In this document: piece by piece, positions 1 to 9,000 of the stretch | How the letters are laid out: every line of letters begins with the position of its first letter | How positions within the stretch are numbered: position 1 is the stretch's first letter | From: a virus | Virus record (IMG/VR): IMGVR_UViG_3300005805_000055 | Span: 1-64,000 of that record | Direction: 5' to 3' (one strand) | DNA length: 64,000 bases | Notes under the pieces: model-generated | The model's database searches: none | The model's input: only the letters and a program-made list of their open reading frames with translations | Told to the model about the DNA's origin: nothing | Made by a program: the position numbers and the translations under genes

Positions 1-2
1 CA

Positions 3-63
3 TGTGGATAACCTGTGGATAGTCGATTTCGGGGGTCGAGGGGGGTCATACCCCTGTGGATAA
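3..63 (-). promoter_or_regulatory. Cluster of three DnaA boxes (TTATCCACA on minus strand)
   Basis: TGTGGATAA at 3-11 and 55-63 (perfect) and TGTGGATAG at 14-22 (one mismatch), same orientation, in non-coding DNA. The cluster may continue left of the window. Confidence 0.7.
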
Positions 64-69
64 CCTGAC

Positions 70-83
70 CGAACACCTGTTCG
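70..83. promoter_or_regulatory. LexA (SOS) box, Gram-positive/actinobacterial type
   Basis: CGAAC-ACCT-GTTCG matches the CGAAC-N4-GTTCG consensus; flanking C/G extend the palindrome. Confidence 0.6.
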
Positions 84-189
84 GGGGTCACAAAACCCCA
101 GGTCAGAGCCCATAAGCCCCGCAAACTTTTTTGACCGCGTCAGAACCCCTGGGCGTCCCCACACAATATTTTTGATGCCCACGTTTCTC

Positions 190-205
190 GGATAAATTTA
201 TCTAA
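190..205. promoter_or_regulatory. Palindromic operator-like site, copy 1 (GGATAAATTTATCTAA)
   Basis: Perfect 12-bp palindrome GATAAATTTATC; the same 16-mer recurs at 2249-2264. Confidence 0.5.
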
Positions 206-644
206 ACCGGTCACCGGCCGGTCATCAGTGAAATAAATGCTGATGTGGTTTTTTCTGTTTTCTCAGCTGCGGCGGATCTTCAGCCGATAAATGCGATTTT
301 CGTATTTTTCGTTTTCCGCCGCGCCAGATCCTCGAGTGGATCGAAACGTAACGCGGGCGATATTCGCATTTTTGTTTTTTTTTGGGCGGATCGAGGAGCT
401 CGAGGGATTTGCGCGAATAATTCGCAGAACGTATTTTTCTGGGTTCACCAGGTATCCCCCTTTCCTGTCTCCCCCTGTGTCTACCCCTAGAGGTTGTTGT
501 TCCCCTCTATGTACGTATCTGTCTGCTCTATACCGAGACGAGACTCAGGAGCATTGAAGGATTAATGCGCGCCGTTTTCACTCTGGCATTTTTCACACGT
601 GCGCAACACAACACGGTGGTGGAAAGGGCTATCTGATGGCGCAG

Positions 645-1526
645 TCACCAGCGATTTGGGTTATTTTTGCTTCGACCATAACGGCTATTGGGTGAATTTC
701 TTCGATTTTCCCGCTGCTTAAATTGGTGATAGTTTTTGCGACGCTTCATTTCCATCTCATGGCGTTCCTGAAGTTGTTCCGCCGTAGGGCTTAGATCATA
801 CTTTTGACCAAGAGATTTAATAAAATTTATGTCGCTTTGTGATAATCGGAACCATTCGCTATTGATTCGTTTATTGCGATACATGTCGTGGAGCAATTTT
901 TCTGCATAACCGTGGTCCTCAAACCAGGCGCAGTGTATCGCCTCACACTTCATGGGCATTTGTCCAATAACGGTACGCACTCTCTTTTCTGGGGTTGTCG
1001 ATTTCCCAATTTTGTAAGTTCCGGTATCGTCACAAGCACGAATCACATAGACGTAACCTTCGTCTGATTTCATTACTTTTTTGGGCGAAAGTGTGATGAT
1101 CCCATTATTGTGCAAACTCACCATGTGTCTGTTTGAACCGGGGATCGAAGCATCAACAAATTTATCTGTACTTTTGTGCATGTTTGCAAAACTGTCATCA
1201 ATCTTTAGGGTAAAACGTTTTGCAATACCAAGCACGTTGGGGTATTCATCGACTGGACAGATCCAAGCCTTGATGGCTGGCTCCCAAACTCGCCTCTCCA
1301 TGCCCTTTATCGACTTAACTAGATTCTCATCATAGGATGATTTAATGATTATTTTATGACCATCGAAATAGATACCTGGTGCTTTCTGTATCCAAATGGC
1401 ATTTTCGGGCTTCGCCTGCTCTATGCCTATTTCTTTGGCACGCTGGATCTGACGTTCCAGTTCTGTTTTTTTACGTAGTTCCTCTTGGGCTAGCGCTTGT
1501 TTTTTCTTTTTTGATTGAAACCACAT
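645..1526 (-). CDS. GIY-YIG nuclease (T5orf172/MUG113-like) with N-terminal HARP-like domain
   Basis: GYVYVI...YKIGKS...KRV...AEKLLH...RINSEWFRL is the T5orf172-type pattern; SSYDENLVKSIKGMERRVWEPAIKAWICP resembles HARP. Confidence 0.75.
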   Translation of the reverse strand: MWFQSKKKKQALAQEELRKKTELERQIQRAKEIGIEQAKPENAIWIQKAPGIYFDGHKIIIKSSYDENLVKSIKGMERRVWEPAIKAWICPVDEYPNVLGIAKRFTLKIDDSFANMHKSTDKFVDASIPGSNRHMVSLHNNGIITLSPKKVMKSDEGYVYVIRACDDTGTYKIGKSTTPEKRVRTVIGQMPMKCEAIHCAWFEDHGYAEKLLHDMYRNKRINSEWFRLSQSDINFIKSLGQKYDLSPTAEQLQERHEMEMKRRKNYHQFKQRENRRNSPNSRYGRSKNNPNRW

Positions 1527-1550
1527 AACATCAACTCCAAGTGACTCATA

Positions 1551-1892
1551 TCAGTCTTCGATATAGGGGATGCCGATATATTCGGCGTATTCGTCGAGAA
1601 TGGCTTTATCGTCGACATTCATCTCGTCGATGCTGTTGGGAACAAACAGCCAATTCCACGTGCGGCGATCCCAGACGGCCATCTTGTGCACTTTATTGGT
1701 GCCTCTCCATGTTTCGAAGTACATCAGCCGCGACGCGCTTCCGAGTGAAAAGATCTGCCGCTTGATGAGTGGGTTCTTCACGTCGGTCTCCCTGATGCAA
1801 TCAAGACGCACAGCATTTGGATGCAATTGACCATCTACTAATAGTCTGGTCATGATGCTAGTTGTATACCCTTGGTAATCCGATGGGGTCAT
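1551..1892 (-). CDS. Hypothetical protein
   Basis: 113-aa ORF packed between WhiB and the GIY-YIG gene on the same strand. Confidence 0.6.
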   Translation of the reverse strand: MTPSDYQGYTTSIMTRLLVDGQLHPNAVRLDCIRETDVKNPLIKRQIFSLGSASRLMYFETWRGTNKVHKMAVWDRRTWNWLFVPNSIDEMNVDDKAILDEYAEYIGIPYIED

Positions 1893-2145
1893 CTAGTGTG
1901 AATCCGGCATTATGCCGCTCAAGCTCATTTTCTCCGCCCCAGAATCCATATTCGCGATTTTGGCGGGCATATTCCTGACACTGCTCACGAACTGGGCAAG
2001 CCAAACACAGCCGCGCTGCGATTTGCTCCCGTTTTGCTCGCGCCTGAGGTCTTTCGGCGAAATGGGGGAAGAACAATTCACTGCGCCCCCTGCAGATCGC
2101 TTGAGCCATCCAGGTAATAGAAAAAGCAAGCTCTCCAGTAGTCAT
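1858..2145 (-). CDS. whiB: WhiB-family Fe-S transcription regulator
   Basis: W..QAIC...LFFP...CLACPVREQC...YGFWGG...ER: four Cys plus the G[VF]WGG turn. Confidence 0.92.
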   Translation of the reverse strand: MTTGELAFSITWMAQAICRGRSELFFPHFAERPQARAKREQIAARLCLACPVREQCQEYARQNREYGFWGGENELERHNAGFTLDDPIGLPRVYN

Positions 2146-2248
2146 GGCGCCACGATAGGGGGTCCATGGGCAATTTCCAACACGGCCATAGGAGAAATTC
2201 CTGGCGGAGGTAGGGGGCCCAAAATTTTAATTCGTGTTTCGGTGGTTT

Positions 2249-2264
2249 GGATAAATTTATCTAA
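2249..2264. promoter_or_regulatory. Palindromic operator-like site, copy 2 (upstream of whiB)
   Basis: Identical to 190-205; about 100 bp upstream of the whiB start. Confidence 0.5.
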
Positions 2265-2475
2265 CGTTGGAGCTGAGGAGCGTGCAACAGACGACGGTGG
2301 TGGAAGAGCTCTGCGAAAAAAAATCGCTTTACGGCTTCGCCTTCTGTGTTGCTAGCTAGATGGCTAGTTGCGGCGCTCGAGGCGGAGTGCTGCTCAGTGG
2401 AAATAAATCGGGAAATGAATATTTTGCGTGCCGCCGGGTCGGATCTGGAAAAATGCTAAAACCTCGGAAATGCAA

Positions 2476-2516
2476 TTTCCCCCCAGGACTGGCTACCCGG
2501 CAGCACTGGGGGGAAA
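2476..2516 (-). terminator. Possible intrinsic terminator hairpin
   Basis: TTTCCCCCCAG...CTGGGGGGAAA inverted repeat just downstream of the minus-strand gene ending at 2554; weak U-tract. Confidence 0.4.
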
Positions 2517-2553
2517 GGCAATTCTGATTTTGCTCGAGAACTAAATCAGAAGA

Positions 2554-2727
2554 TTATTTTTTGACGAGGGCTGCCATCCAGATTTTGATCCACAGAGCTA
2601 CTGCAGCCAAAATTCCTGATTGATGCCATTCCAGGTCATTGTTGATGATGTTCGCGTCGAAGAGCACTCTGGCTGCTATCCAGATAGCGAGATCTAGGAT
2701 AAGCAGGGTGAGCGCCCACACAAACAT
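2554..2727 (-). CDS. Small membrane protein (two hydrophobic helices)
   Basis: MFVWALTLLILDLAIWIAA...GILAAVALWIKIWMAALVKK; start placed at the ATG that avoids overlap with the upstream gene (uncertain). Confidence 0.5.
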   Translation of the reverse strand: MFVWALTLLILDLAIWIAARVLFDANIINNDLEWHQSGILAAVALWIKIWMAALVKK

Positions 2728-2749
2728 GACTGGGCCGAGCCCAGCTTTA

Positions 2750-3124
2750 TCAGGCTGTGGTGAGTCGACGGACAATCTGGTGCACCCGCTGGCGGCTGAG
2801 GTTGTACTGATCAGCGATCTGGGCAAGAGACTTGCCGCTGTTGCGCATCTGGGCAATCTCGCTGTTGCGCTCGCGCTTGTCCTTGGGACCTGGCTTGAGC
2901 GGGCCCCAGTTCCAGCCGGTGATGGAATCGAGAGCTGACTTCTGAGCCTCAGAGAGCTTACCGGTCTTGTTGCGCTGGCGCATGTAGCCTACCCACGTGC
3001 CGAGATGGATAGAATCTCCACCGACAATTTCAATGTGGTTCGCTGGTACCAGTGCATTGCCCTCGCGGGTGATGTACTGTTGTAGAGCTGTGATGTATCT
3101 GTTGAAACGTGTGATGTTGTCCAT
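2750..3124 (-). CDS. Helicase-associated (HA) domain fused to a sigma70-region-4-like HTH
   Basis: ALQQY..REGNALVP...LGTWVGYMR...GKLS..Q..ALDSI.GWNW (HA pattern), then GKSLAQIADQYNLSRQRVHQIV (HTH). Confidence 0.8.
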   Translation of the reverse strand: MDNITRFNRYITALQQYITREGNALVPANHIEIVGGDSIHLGTWVGYMRQRNKTGKLSEAQKSALDSITGWNWGPLKPGPKDKRERNSEIAQMRNSGKSLAQIADQYNLSRQRVHQIVRRLTTA

Positions 3125-3212
3125 GACAACAACTGTACATAGTGAGGTTAGTTGTGTCGACTATTCTTAACCATTTGTTAAGCTATTGATCGACGGTGGT
3201 GGAAAGGACATT

Positions 3213-3674
3213 ATGGACTACGACGACCATGCGTTCGAATCACTCAATGAACTTGAGGTTTTCCTGGAAATACTCCGAGACATCCCGCTCGATCAGCGGC
3301 ACAAGCTGAAAGAAACCATCGACGCATTTTTGTTAGAGGTTACCAGCGAAAATGATCCAGATGGCGGCCCGCAAAAAGATTTACTATTCATCGGCTCATC
3401 AGGCACGCATGTCGTCAAATGCCTGCACTATCCTCGCGATGTTCTCGGAGGAGACGGACCGGTTTTGCTGCCGACGTCATCGAAATTTATTATTGCCGGA
3501 GCTTATTCGGATGAGCTTATTAATGATCGAGCTAACGAGATCCATGAGTCCTACGCAAGCACCAAGGACAAAAATGATGCCTGGGCACAGTTGATGAATG
3601 AGTATGCAGTTGATATTGTGCATGCATATGAAGAACAACCTCCTCCATCATTCGACGCGCTCATCATGGAATGA
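3213..3674 (+). CDS. Hypothetical acidic protein
   Basis: ATG at 3213 preceded by AAGGA; the repeat copy at 3193 abuts the RBS. Confidence 0.65.
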   Translation: MDYDDHAFESLNELEVFLEILRDIPLDQRHKLKETIDAFLLEVTSENDPDGGPQKDLLFIGSSGTHVVKCLHYPRDVLGGDGPVLLPTSSKFIIAGAYSDELINDRANEIHESYASTKDKNDAWAQLMNEYAVDIVHAYEEQPPPSFDALIME

Positions 3675-4212
3675 TCTCAGCTGGGAAAAAGCTGCAGAAA
3701 TTCAAATTAACAAAATTTTCGAGCTGCGGATCGAGGACTTCGAACATCTCGACGATCTTGCGCAGATGCGTAAGTATCTCGATGTCATGATCTCTGAGCT
3801 CCAGGAGGCACCCCCGGGAAAAATCGCGATGAATTTTATTGAACTTGGGCGGATCGCACGTGTCCTGGGAAAAAATTCAGGTTTTTTAAATTCGGAGTAT
3901 TTCCTCGAGCCGGAAAATCTCCTTTCGGTGATTATTCGCAAACAACGCGATTATGGTCATGAAAATATTGCGCGCTTTGGCCGCACCGGTCTTCTTGTGC
4001 GTCTGCATGACAAAGTTGCGCGGCTGGAAAATCTTCTCGGATCAGGCAGTACTCCCAACAACGAATCCATCGAAGACAACATTGGTGACGTAATTGGCTA
4101 CTGTACTATCGGAGCAATGTGGGAAGAGGGAACATTTCTTCGCGCGTTGCAAGGCAACACGGTGGTGGAAAGCGCGTACGTAGTCGAGAATATTGAAAAA
4201 CTCTCGATGTGA
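3598..4212 (+). CDS. Nucleotide modification-associated domain 1 (DUF1599/Nmad1-like) protein
   Basis: RKQRDYG..NIARFG..GLLVRLHDKVARLENL...ESIEDNIGDVIGY; true start may lie downstream. Confidence 0.75.
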   Translation: MSMQLILCMHMKNNLLHHSTRSSWNDLSWEKAAEIQINKIFELRIEDFEHLDDLAQMRKYLDVMISELQEAPPGKIAMNFIELGRIARVLGKNSGFLNSEYFLEPENLLSVIIRKQRDYGHENIARFGRTGLLVRLHDKVARLENLLGSGSTPNNESIEDNIGDVIGYCTIGAMWEEGTFLRALQGNTVVESAYVVENIEKLSM

Positions 4213-4288
4213 TTTATTTTCTCGAGTAATCCGAGCTCGAGTCGCTTTTCGAAAGATGCATTACGGAAAATTTCTGTAATTTATAATT

Positions 4289-4377
4289 GTGAGGGAGCGG
4301 TCCCGGAGTCGTCCACACCTCCGGGCCCGCTCGACCTCACTGTTAGGACGGGGAAAGGGGGAAACCCGCCTAACAGT
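4289..4377. ncRNA. Candidate structured small RNA (two adjacent GC-rich stem-loops)
   Basis: Stem 1: GTGAGG/CCTCAC, GAGCGG/CCGCTC, CCCGGAG/CTCCGGG. Stem 2: ACTGTTAGG/CCTAACAGT, CGGG/CCCG. Intergenic. Confidence 0.45.
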
Positions 4378-4850
4378 CAGCAGCCTAAGCATTGAATGCG
4401 TAGCTCAAGTGTTAATTCTTGTTCTAATTTTCTTTCGTGAACTTTTTGTTCATGTGGTTTGAATTCATCGTCCGACGGTGTACTGTGTTCTCACAACTTC
4501 AGGGGCCCCACAGCACCTCGAGTGGCATCGACACGAAAATCGAATGCCCACTTTGTGCTGCCCCAAAACCCGTGGAGCAGAAAAAAAGGTTCCCCCTGGA
4601 ACCCCCTCCAAAGTGGTTTACATCTCCCTTGTGAATTTTCTCATCGTAGAGAAATTCATTGTGAGGTAAGTAAATCCAATTACTCTCTGTAACGAGATTC
4701 GTTAAACAGAGAAAGACTCTTCTCGATACCGCGCGCGCACGCGAGGAATAATATTTGCTTTTGTGATTTTTTATCCCCTTGACGTTGGAGTTTCAGTATT
4801 TGCTCGCTATCGTGTTGTTCATGAGGACGACATCACGCAGACGAGTTATC

Positions 4851-5300
4851 ATGAAACGAATGGCAAATATTCCCGACCCTGATCAGCAGTCATTATTCCC
4901 TAGCGAAGAAGCTACGCCTGCTCCTATTGAGCCAGAGAAAAAGCCTCGCAGGGAGACTGCACATACGCGCCAGAAGAAGAGTAAAGCCTCTACGGTGGCG
5001 GATGAACTAGCACAGCAGGTCTACGAGTACTGGTGTGCAGTTATGCGACCAGGACGTACACGTGTTCCTCAGCTGGATATCAAGCGGATGACTGCAGTGA
5101 AGTCGGCAATTCACGATTTCGGGATCGAGGACTGCATGCGTGCCATCGATGGATGTGCAAAATCGGATTTTCACATGGGGCGCAACAAGCAGAATAAGCG
5201 CTACGACGATATTGAACTCATCTTGCGAGATCAGGAGCATGTCGAGCGATTTATCGGTTACTGCAATAAGGCAGATGGCGAACAAGGTGGAGATTGGTGA
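4851..5300 (+). CDS. Phage replication initiator/organizer-like protein
   Basis: C-terminal R...VKSAI..FG...C.RAI.G...SDFHMG.N....YDDIELILR resembles initiator C-termini; sits upstream of a helicase-loader-like gene. Start uncertain (4821/4851/4860). Confidence 0.5.
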   Translation: MKRMANIPDPDQQSLFPSEEATPAPIEPEKKPRRETAHTRQKKSKASTVADELAQQVYEYWCAVMRPGRTRVPQLDIKRMTAVKSAIHDFGIEDCMRAIDGCAKSDFHMGRNKQNKRYDDIELILRDQEHVERFIGYCNKADGEQGGDW

Positions 5301-5785
5301 CAAAGGAAAAGGTTGAGTCGAGTCAACTCAAGGCTGATTTCGAAGAATTTGTTAAACAGGTTTTTGCAACATATAACCAGACGCTGTTCGAGGTAGACCG
5401 GCGGTCTATTTTGCGTGCATGGTGGTCGCTGCTCAAAGACATCAACCTAGATGATTTGTACATAGCGCTGCATGAAATCTCATTGACAGCCAAGTTCATG
5501 CCGACCCCTGGGATGATCCGCCGCCATGTCAAGGATTCACAGATCTCCGATATGCCGCCGTCGCCCCAGGAGGCTTGGGTTGTTCTTCAGGCGTTAATTC
5601 GGCAGGTTTCCTCGGGAATCCAGCCGTCATCTACACCTCAACATCCCACGGTGGTGGAAACGATTAAATCTTTGGGAGATACGGCTTTGTCGCTGTCGAC
5701 GAACGGTGACAGGGAGTACTTTATGGAGGTGTACGAGCGCAACAGGATGCGCTTTTTGACCGAGGCATACAAGGTGGAGTCATGA
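5294..5785 (+). CDS. Replicative helicase loader/inhibitor (G39P-like)
   Basis: AWWSLLKDI...LYIALHEI...KFMPTPGMIR...EAW pattern. Confidence 0.6.
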   Translation: MVTKEKVESSQLKADFEEFVKQVFATYNQTLFEVDRRSILRAWWSLLKDINLDDLYIALHEISLTAKFMPTPGMIRRHVKDSQISDMPPSPQEAWVVLQALIRQVSSGIQPSSTPQHPTVVETIKSLGDTALSLSTNGDREYFMEVYERNRMRFLTEAYKVES

Positions 5786-5952
5786 AAAAGAACACTGGGC
5801 GGCCGCCCACCATTCCGACTAAAGAAAACACAACAATTACAATGAAAATCCCTTCGAGCCTGAAGATGTCAATCTTGCAGCAGTCTCAGGCCTACGACAT
5901 GACGATCACGGAATATATTCGCATGCTTGTTGAAAGAGATGTTTCCAGTTAA
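5782..5952 (+). CDS. Ribbon-helix-helix DNA-binding protein (56 aa, not in the ORF track)
   Basis: My translation: MKKNTGRPPTIPTKENTTITMKIPSSLKMSILQQSQAYDMTITEYIRMLVERDVSS; ATGA overlap with the upstream stop. Confidence 0.75.
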   Translation: MKKNTGRPPTIPTKENTTITMKIPSSLKMSILQQSQAYDMTITEYIRMLVERDVSS

Positions 5953-6000
5953 TCCACTACAGTGGTCTTTCGTGCGATAATGTAAGAACGGAGGTCGTAC

Positions 6001-9000
6001 GTGGCTGATTCTCTTTTCGACAAGATTTTAAATGGCGATATCTCATTTACCGTTGCCAAGGATTCAGATGCCCAAGAGCAGGGCACTGAACTCCCTGGGG
6101 TAGCGAAGAAGGCCGTAGGAAACCCCCTAGGTGGACGTCGTGCGCTAGGTGACGTCATTGGTGGTGGATTGCGTAAGCCGCCCACTGGGATGGTCTACGT
6201 TGACATTACGGGCGCCATCGATGGTGACGAAGACGGCATTGTCTTTGAAGGTACGCCATTCAAGCGGCCAATTATCCCTCGCGCCGTCATCCCCAAGAAT
6301 GTAGCCCAGGCTCAGTCGGAAGATTCTCTACAGCGTGCCCTGAATAATGAGTCCAAGCGGCGCGGCACGGACAAGCCACGTGGTGAGATGACGGATCGTG
6401 ATGTCGCTGATCTATATCGAAGGCGCTCACAGCCAGAGGCTGCTGGTTCTCGATCACGCACGGATAGATACTCTATTGCCGAGCGTCCACTGGAAGATAT
6501 TTTGACTGACTTGGAGATGAGTGAGGATGAGAAAAACATTGCTAGACGGCAGTTACGCAGGGGTCTTGAGGATGTAAAGACGTTCATAAGGCTGTTAGAA
6601 GAGGCGGATCTTCCGGACACATTTCATCCTGGCATAACTAGAAAACAGGCAATCGATCTTCTGAAATCAATCCAAATTGGCGTTAGCTCAAATGGTGTAC
6701 CGGTTATCTCCTTCGACCCACATCCATTGTTTTCTGGCTATGCGGATAGGGAGAGAAACTGGCTTTCTATCGAAGCGCCAAGTGTCGACAAAATTCGGGA
6801 GTTTATTGATTTCTTGAGACCATATATTTCAGTGAGACCATATATTTCAGATAGAAAACAACCGTACAAGAAGCCCGGTGGAGCACCTACGGCGCAAGAT
6901 GTATTTTTATCTCGTACACTCGATGGCCTTGCTGGAGGTCTTATAGATGAAGATAAGATGCCAGCAATTGATGGTGATGAACTTTATGAACTAAATAATA
7001 AGTTTGCTACTGATTTGCAGAATGATAAAAATTTCCCATCAGAACTGTCAGACGCTTTATTGGATATTTTGCGAAAATCTCAGAAAACACCCACTTCGGT
7101 ACCTGACTTAATTTTAAGTTCAATAATAAATCCAAATAAATTAATCTTACACGATGGCGTTGATCACATGTCTACTGGTCGTGGATTTGACAGACATGGT
7201 GAGTGGGCGGCACTTATAGCTGGAATGAAAACAAATGTTGATTATGTAAATGACACATATGACGAAAAACTTAGCGATAATGATGTGCGTTTACTTAACA
7301 TAGATTATTTCCGACTACGTGGTGGGCTCTCCATACTACAAATGCAAATAGATCCAGAAAAACTCAAATTATTCTCGGAGTATCGAGATCTGGATAAGCA
7401 ATCAAGCGAGATGTCATATGAGGATGCCATTAGACGCATGCAATCAGGTGACGATGAGTTGGATAAGAAAATGCGTGAAATACAGGGGAAGATTAAAGAT
7501 TTAGATAACTTACTTGATGATATAAATCTATTTTTAGATGATACAAACGCTGGTTATGTTGTTTCGGCGTTGGAAGATCGTGGTGTCGAGTCACCGATGG
7601 ACATACTTGATCCAAGAGATGAATCAGGTAATTTTATAAATGGCAGCAAATCTACAACTGCTAGATACATAAATATTAATAATACAAAGACCGAATTGTT
7701 CAATGCTGCCGCCGAAGAGCAATCTAGGTCAACTATGCATGGGTCTAAATCACGCACAGATAGATACTCCATTGTCGAACGTCCCCTGGACGACATTTTG
7801 ACTGACTTGGAAATGAGTCAGGGGGAGCGTGAGGTGGCCAGGGATGTACTAGAGCGCTCACAGGATAAGTTACGCAAACTTCGTGAACTTCTTGCGGATG
7901 AAGACGTTCCCGCATTCATGCACCCTGGAATGACTCGTGAAGAAGCACTAGCATTCATAGATTCAATAAAGCTGTCTGTGTCGTCCAATGGTGTCCCAGT
8001 TATAACATTCGATAGGTTACCGTATATAAAATCGATACTTGGAGACATTGACCCAATCGGTGATGATAGAAACTGGGAAACCGTTGAAGCATTAAATATT
8101 CCGCAGTTAAGAAATTTGATTCAAGTAATAATGTCTTCACCAGAACTTGATCCAGAAATAGTTGACTCCCTGGATCCCGATATTCTTGATAGTTTGCCCG
8201 AGGGAGAAGCATTCGCTGCACGCGACGAACTAACAATAGAAGCACTTATAAAAACTAGGCAATCCGCAGCTGATGAACTTGGCATATCTCATGATGCAGT
8301 ACGCGGAATATCTTTCTATGGAATAGCATTGAGTCAAGGTGCCTATATTCAAGAAAAACTTGGGATACGTAGAGTTGACCTTATTGGTAGTGGTGGTGCT
8401 GATGTTATCACTGAGTTAATGTCGCATTTACTCGATATTGGATCAGCGTTTGATTCATATCATGACACCATGGAACATTTTGGCCAAGGTCGTGGCTTTG
8501 ACAGACATGGGGAATGGGTTGCATTTCTTGCTGGCATGCTTCACGCCGACGCATGGATAAAGCGTGAGGCCGAAAGAATTGGCGAAGAATCATCGGCAGA
8601 ACTTGATGCTGTTAGAAAAACACTTATTCAAAAATATTTGTTTGATCAAGGTCTTCAACAATTGTTGAGACAGATTGAAACAAACAAATTGCAGGAAATA
8701 ATAAATTTTGCCAGAGAAAATTATGACAACGCCAATAGAGAACAGCGGCTAACTGAAGCGGTAACTAATTTACTAAAGGCATATGTTGATGTAGTTAATC
8801 GTATACGTAAAGAAAGAAATATTCAATCAGGACAGCTTAATTTTGAAGAACTATCGAAAGGTATGATTAAATTTGACGATGGGCAATATGGAAACATAGT
8901 AAAACGCATTGTCGACAGCATAGACAATTGGAGATTTTCGAATCTAGATAATTTGCCAGCAGGGGCAATCGTAGAATTTCTTAATTTCCAAGCAACAAAT

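Larger units (their letters stand above)
613..5659 (+). repeat. Dispersed oriented 12-bp repeat ACGGTGGTGGAA (5 copies)
   Basis: Exact copies at 613, 2294, 3193, 4159 and 5648, all on the + strand. Confidence 0.85.

Noticed and set aside
245-557. Short overlapping ORFs in the T-tract region
   Set aside because: Low-complexity Phe/Arg-rich translations; the region looks non-coding.
990-1012. GKSTT in the GIY-YIG protein (YKIGKSTT) resembling the GSKSTT motif
   Set aside because: It is the family's own KIG-x-[ST] motif inside a folded domain and lacks the Ser before Lys.
6815-6852. 18-bp tandem duplication (RPYISV/RPYISD) in polyprotein A
   Set aside because: Probably a simple slippage event with no evident function.
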